Assembly: GCF_009914755.1 (NCBI RefSeq)
Contig: NC_060927.1
Length of the DNA stretch: 64,000 nucleotides
From: the human T2T-CHM13v2.0 reference genome, Homo sapiens
Strand: one strand, 5' to 3'
A program made the translations under genes and the position numbers. Shown here one piece after another: positions 59,922 through 64,000 of this stretch (position 1 is its first letter; each line of letters opens with the position of its first letter). Below the pieces are notes generated by a model, which did no database searches, was not told the origin of the DNA, and saw nothing but the letters and a program-made list of their open reading frames with translations.

Positions 59922-60641
59922 TAAATTTTCTTATTAATTCTAATTATTTGTATGTAGATGTTAAGATTATCATGTTTTCTGTAATTAATGATCTTTTTTT
60001 TCTAAACCTTACATGCTTGATATATTTTTGTTATACTACTAAGCTGGCTGAAACCTCTGGGAAAATGATAAAGAGAAGTGATGATGGGGCATCCTTGTCT
60101 TGCTCTTGATTTTTAAAGGAAAGACTTTTAAGATTTTTGTCAGTAAATGTGGTATTGGGCATAGATTTTTTTAATGATCACTGTTTATTACATTAATGAT
60201 ATTTCCTTCAACTCCCAGCTTGCTAAGGTCTTCCCTTGAAAGGATGTTGAATTTTATCAATTTTATCTTTCTCCCCATGGGAGCAGACATCTGAGACTAA
60301 TGAGTTGGCCTCTGGAGACCTGGAATGTGTGGAAAGCATGTCTGGCTTCTTTCCCTCCAGCACTGAATGGCTACGTATTTTGGAACATGCCTTCCTCATA
60401 CTGATTAGAAAGAGTGAACCTGAAGTTTAGCCTTGGAGAAAAAGGAAAGAGTGCACGCCTTAGATGTAGATTATTTAGGCTAACGTAGTGGAGGAAAAAG
60501 ATCTTTTGTGTAGTTCACTCTCAGTCACTAGAGTTCGACATTGGGGCTTGGGGATCTCAGCTAATATTCTCAGTATATACCATTTCCCCTGAAACCTTGA
60601 GGGCAGGATTTCTAAGTCCCCAGCCAAAAACCACCTCCTAA

Positions 60642-60801
60642 TGCAGTAGTACTTAAACTCAAGTGTGTATCAGAGTCACAGATTGTTGGGCTCCACCCCA
60701 GAGTTTACGTGACTCAGTAGGTCTGAAAATTTGCCTTTCTAAGAAGTTTCCAGTTGATGCTGATACTGCTGGTCCTAGAGTCCACACTTTGAAGAACACT
60801 G
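60642..60801. mobile_element. MER5A-like MITE
   Basis: 'gattgttgggctccaccccagagttt...gatgctgatactgctggtcc...ccacactttgaagaacactg'. Confidence 0.75.
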
Positions 60802-60944
60802 CCCTAAAGCAGTCTCTCTGAAACATCCTCACACTAAAAAAAAGCCCAGGACCAGAAGGATTTACAGCTGAATTCTACCAGAGGTACAAAGAGGAGCTGG
60901 TACCATTTCTTCTGAAACTATTCCAAACAATTGAAAAGGAGGGA

Positions 60945-61301
60945 TGTGTTAGTCCGTTTTCACACTGCTGATAAAGATGGGCAATTTACAAAAGAAAGAG
61001 GTTTAATTGGACTTACAGTTCCATGTGGCTGGGGAAGCCTCACAATCATGGCAAAAGGCAAGGAGGAGCAGGTCGCATCTTATGTGGATGGTGTCAGACA
61101 AAGAGAGCTTGTGCAGGAAAATTTTGCCTTATGAAGCCATCGTATCTCATGAGACTTATTCACTGTCACAAGAATAGCATGGGAAAGACCTGCCCCCATG
61201 ATTCAATTATCTCCCACAAGGTCCCTCCCACAACACGTGGGAACTATGGGAGTACAATTCAAGATGAGATTTGGGTGGGGACACAGAGCCAAACCATATC
61301 A
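60945..61301 (-). mobile_element. THE1 (B/C-like) MaLR solo LTR
   Basis: Ends 'gacacagagccaaaccatatca'; 5-bp TSD aggga at 60940-60944 and 61302-61306. Confidence 0.93.
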
Positions 61302-63011
61302 AGGGACTTCTCCCTAACTCATTTTATGAGGCCAACATCATCCTGATACCAAAACCTGGCAGAGATACAACAAAAAAAGAAAACTTCAGTCCAATATCCC
61401 TGATGAACATCAATACAAAAACTAATAAAATACTGGCAAACCGAAGCCAGCAGCACATCAAAAAGCTTATCCACCATAATCAAGTGGGCTTCATCCCCAG
61501 GATGCAAGGCTGGTTCAAATTACACAAATAAATCAATGTAATTCATCATATAAACAGAACTAAAGACAAAAACCACATGATTATCTCAATAGACACATAA
61601 AAGGCCTTTGATAAAATTCAATATCCCTTCATGTTAAAAACTCTCGATAAACTAGGTATTGATGGAACATACCTCAAAAGAATAAGAGCTATTTATGGCA
61701 AACCCACAGCCAATATCATACTGAATGGGCAGAAGTTGGAAACATTCCCCTTGAAAATTGGCACAAGACAAGGATGCCATTTCTCATCACTCCTATTTAA
61801 CATAGCATTGGAAGTTCTGGCCAGGGCAATCAGGCAAGAGAAAGAAATAAAATCATCCAAATAGGAAGAGAGGAAGTCAAACTGTTTCTGTTTGCAGATG
61901 ACATGATCCTATATCTAGAAAACCCCATTGTCCCATCCCAAAAGCTTCTTAAGCTGATAAGCAACTTCAGCAAAGTCTCAGGATACAAAAATCAATATGT
62001 AAAAATCACAGACATTTCTATACACCAGCAATATACAAGCAGAGAACCAAATCATGAATGAACTCCCATTAACAATTGCTACAAGCAGAATAAAATACCT
62101 AGGAATATAGCTAACAAGGGAAGTGAAGGACCTCTTCAAGGAGAACTACAAACCACTGCTCAAGGAAATCAGAGAGGACACAAACAAATGTAAAAACATT
62201 CCATGCTCATGAATAGGAAGAACCAATATCATGAAAATGGCCTTACTGCACAAAGTAATGTGTAGATTCAATGCTATTCCCATTAAACTATTGACATTCT
62301 TCACAGAATTAGAAAAAACCACTTTAAAATTTATATGGAGCCAAAAAAAAGAGCCCATATAGCCAAAATAATCCTAAGCAAAAAGAACAAAGCTGGAGGC
62401 ATCATGCTACCCAACTTCAAACTGTACTACAAGTCTACAGTAGCCAAAACAGGAGGGTATTGGTACAAAAACAGACACGTAGACCAATGGAACAGAATAG
62501 TGTACTCAGAAATAAGACTGCACATCTATGACCATCAGATCTTTGACAAATGTGACAAGAACAAGCAATGGGGAAAGGATTCTCTGTTTAATAAATGGTG
62601 TTGGGAGAATGGGCTAGCCATATGCAGAAAGTTGAAACTGGATCCTTTCCTTACACCTTATACAAAAATTAACTCAAGATGAATTAAATACTTAAATTTA
62701 AAACCTAAAACTATCAAAACCCTAGAGGAAAATCTAGGCAATACCATTCAGGACATAGGCACGGGCAAAGATTTCATGACAAAAATGTCAAAAGCAATTG
62801 CAACACAAGCAAAACTGACAAATGGGATCTAATTAAACTAAAGAGCTTCTGCACAGCAAAAGAAACTATCGTCAGAGTGAACAGACAACTTACAGAATGG
62901 GAGAAAACTTTTGCAATCTATCCATCTGACAAAGGCCTGATATCCAGAATCTACAAGGAACTTAAACAAATTTACAAGAAAAAAACAACCCCATTAAAAA
63001 GTAGGCAAAGG

Positions 63012-63410
<399 letters not shown>

Positions 63411-64000
63411 TCATTAGAGAAACACGAAACCAACCCACAATGAGATATTATCTCATGCCAGTCGGAGTGGTGATTATTAAAAAGTAAAGAAACAACAGAT
63501 GCTGATGAAGCTGTGGAGAAATAGGGATGCTTTTACATTGTTAGTGTAATGCAAATTAGTTCAACCATTGTGGAAGAAAGTGTGGCATCCCTCAAAGACC
63601 TAGAACGATAAATAGCATTTGACCCAGCAATCCCATTACTGAGTATATACCCAAAGGAATATAAATCATTCTATTATAAACATACATGGACACTTATGTT
63701 CATTGCAGCACTGTGCACAATAACAAAGACATAGAATCAACCCAAATGCCCATCAATGTTAGACTAGATAAAGAAAATGTGGTACATATACACCATGGAA
63801 TATTATGCACCCATAAAAAGAAACCAGATCATGTCCTTTGCAGGGACATGGATGGAGCTGGAAGCCATTATCCTCAGCAAACTAACTCAGGAACAGAAAC
63901 CCAAACACGGTATGTTCTCACTTATAAGTGGGAGCTGAACGATGAGAACACATGGACACAGGGAGGGGAATAACACACACTGGGGCCTGTGGAAGTTGGG

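Overview
Repeat-dominated hominid (human/great-ape-like) genomic DNA. I find no intact protein-coding gene. Most of the window is nested retro- and DNA transposons: about 17 Alu elements or fragments, several L1s, two SVAs in opposite orientation, solo LTRs (LTR3/HML-6-like, LTR7/HERV-H, THE1, MST), Tigger1, Tigger3, MER5, L2, MIR and L3. One L1 is a full-length antisense L1MA2-like copy spanning 10531-21889 with its target-site duplication (TSD) intact. A CpG island at about 35.2-36.4 kb looks like the promoter and non-coding first exon(s) of a plus-strand gene that I cannot name. The most unusual signal is a strand-specific cluster of 13 A>G changes (SVA sense) in the SINE-R of the second SVA. 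Their neighbour context is ADAR-like, which suggests an A-to-I hyper-edited RNA was retrotransposed and fixed in DNA. The second signal is a set of locally templated insertions, inverted duplications and fold-back hairpins at 42.5-46.3 kb, 58.7-59.7 kb, 19.85 kb and 8.5-9.8 kb, which resemble template-switch or Pol-theta repair scars. Repeat subfamily calls come from recalled consensus motifs and alignments were done by eye, so both need RepeatMasker/Dfam confirmation. Boundaries without a stated TSD are approximate.
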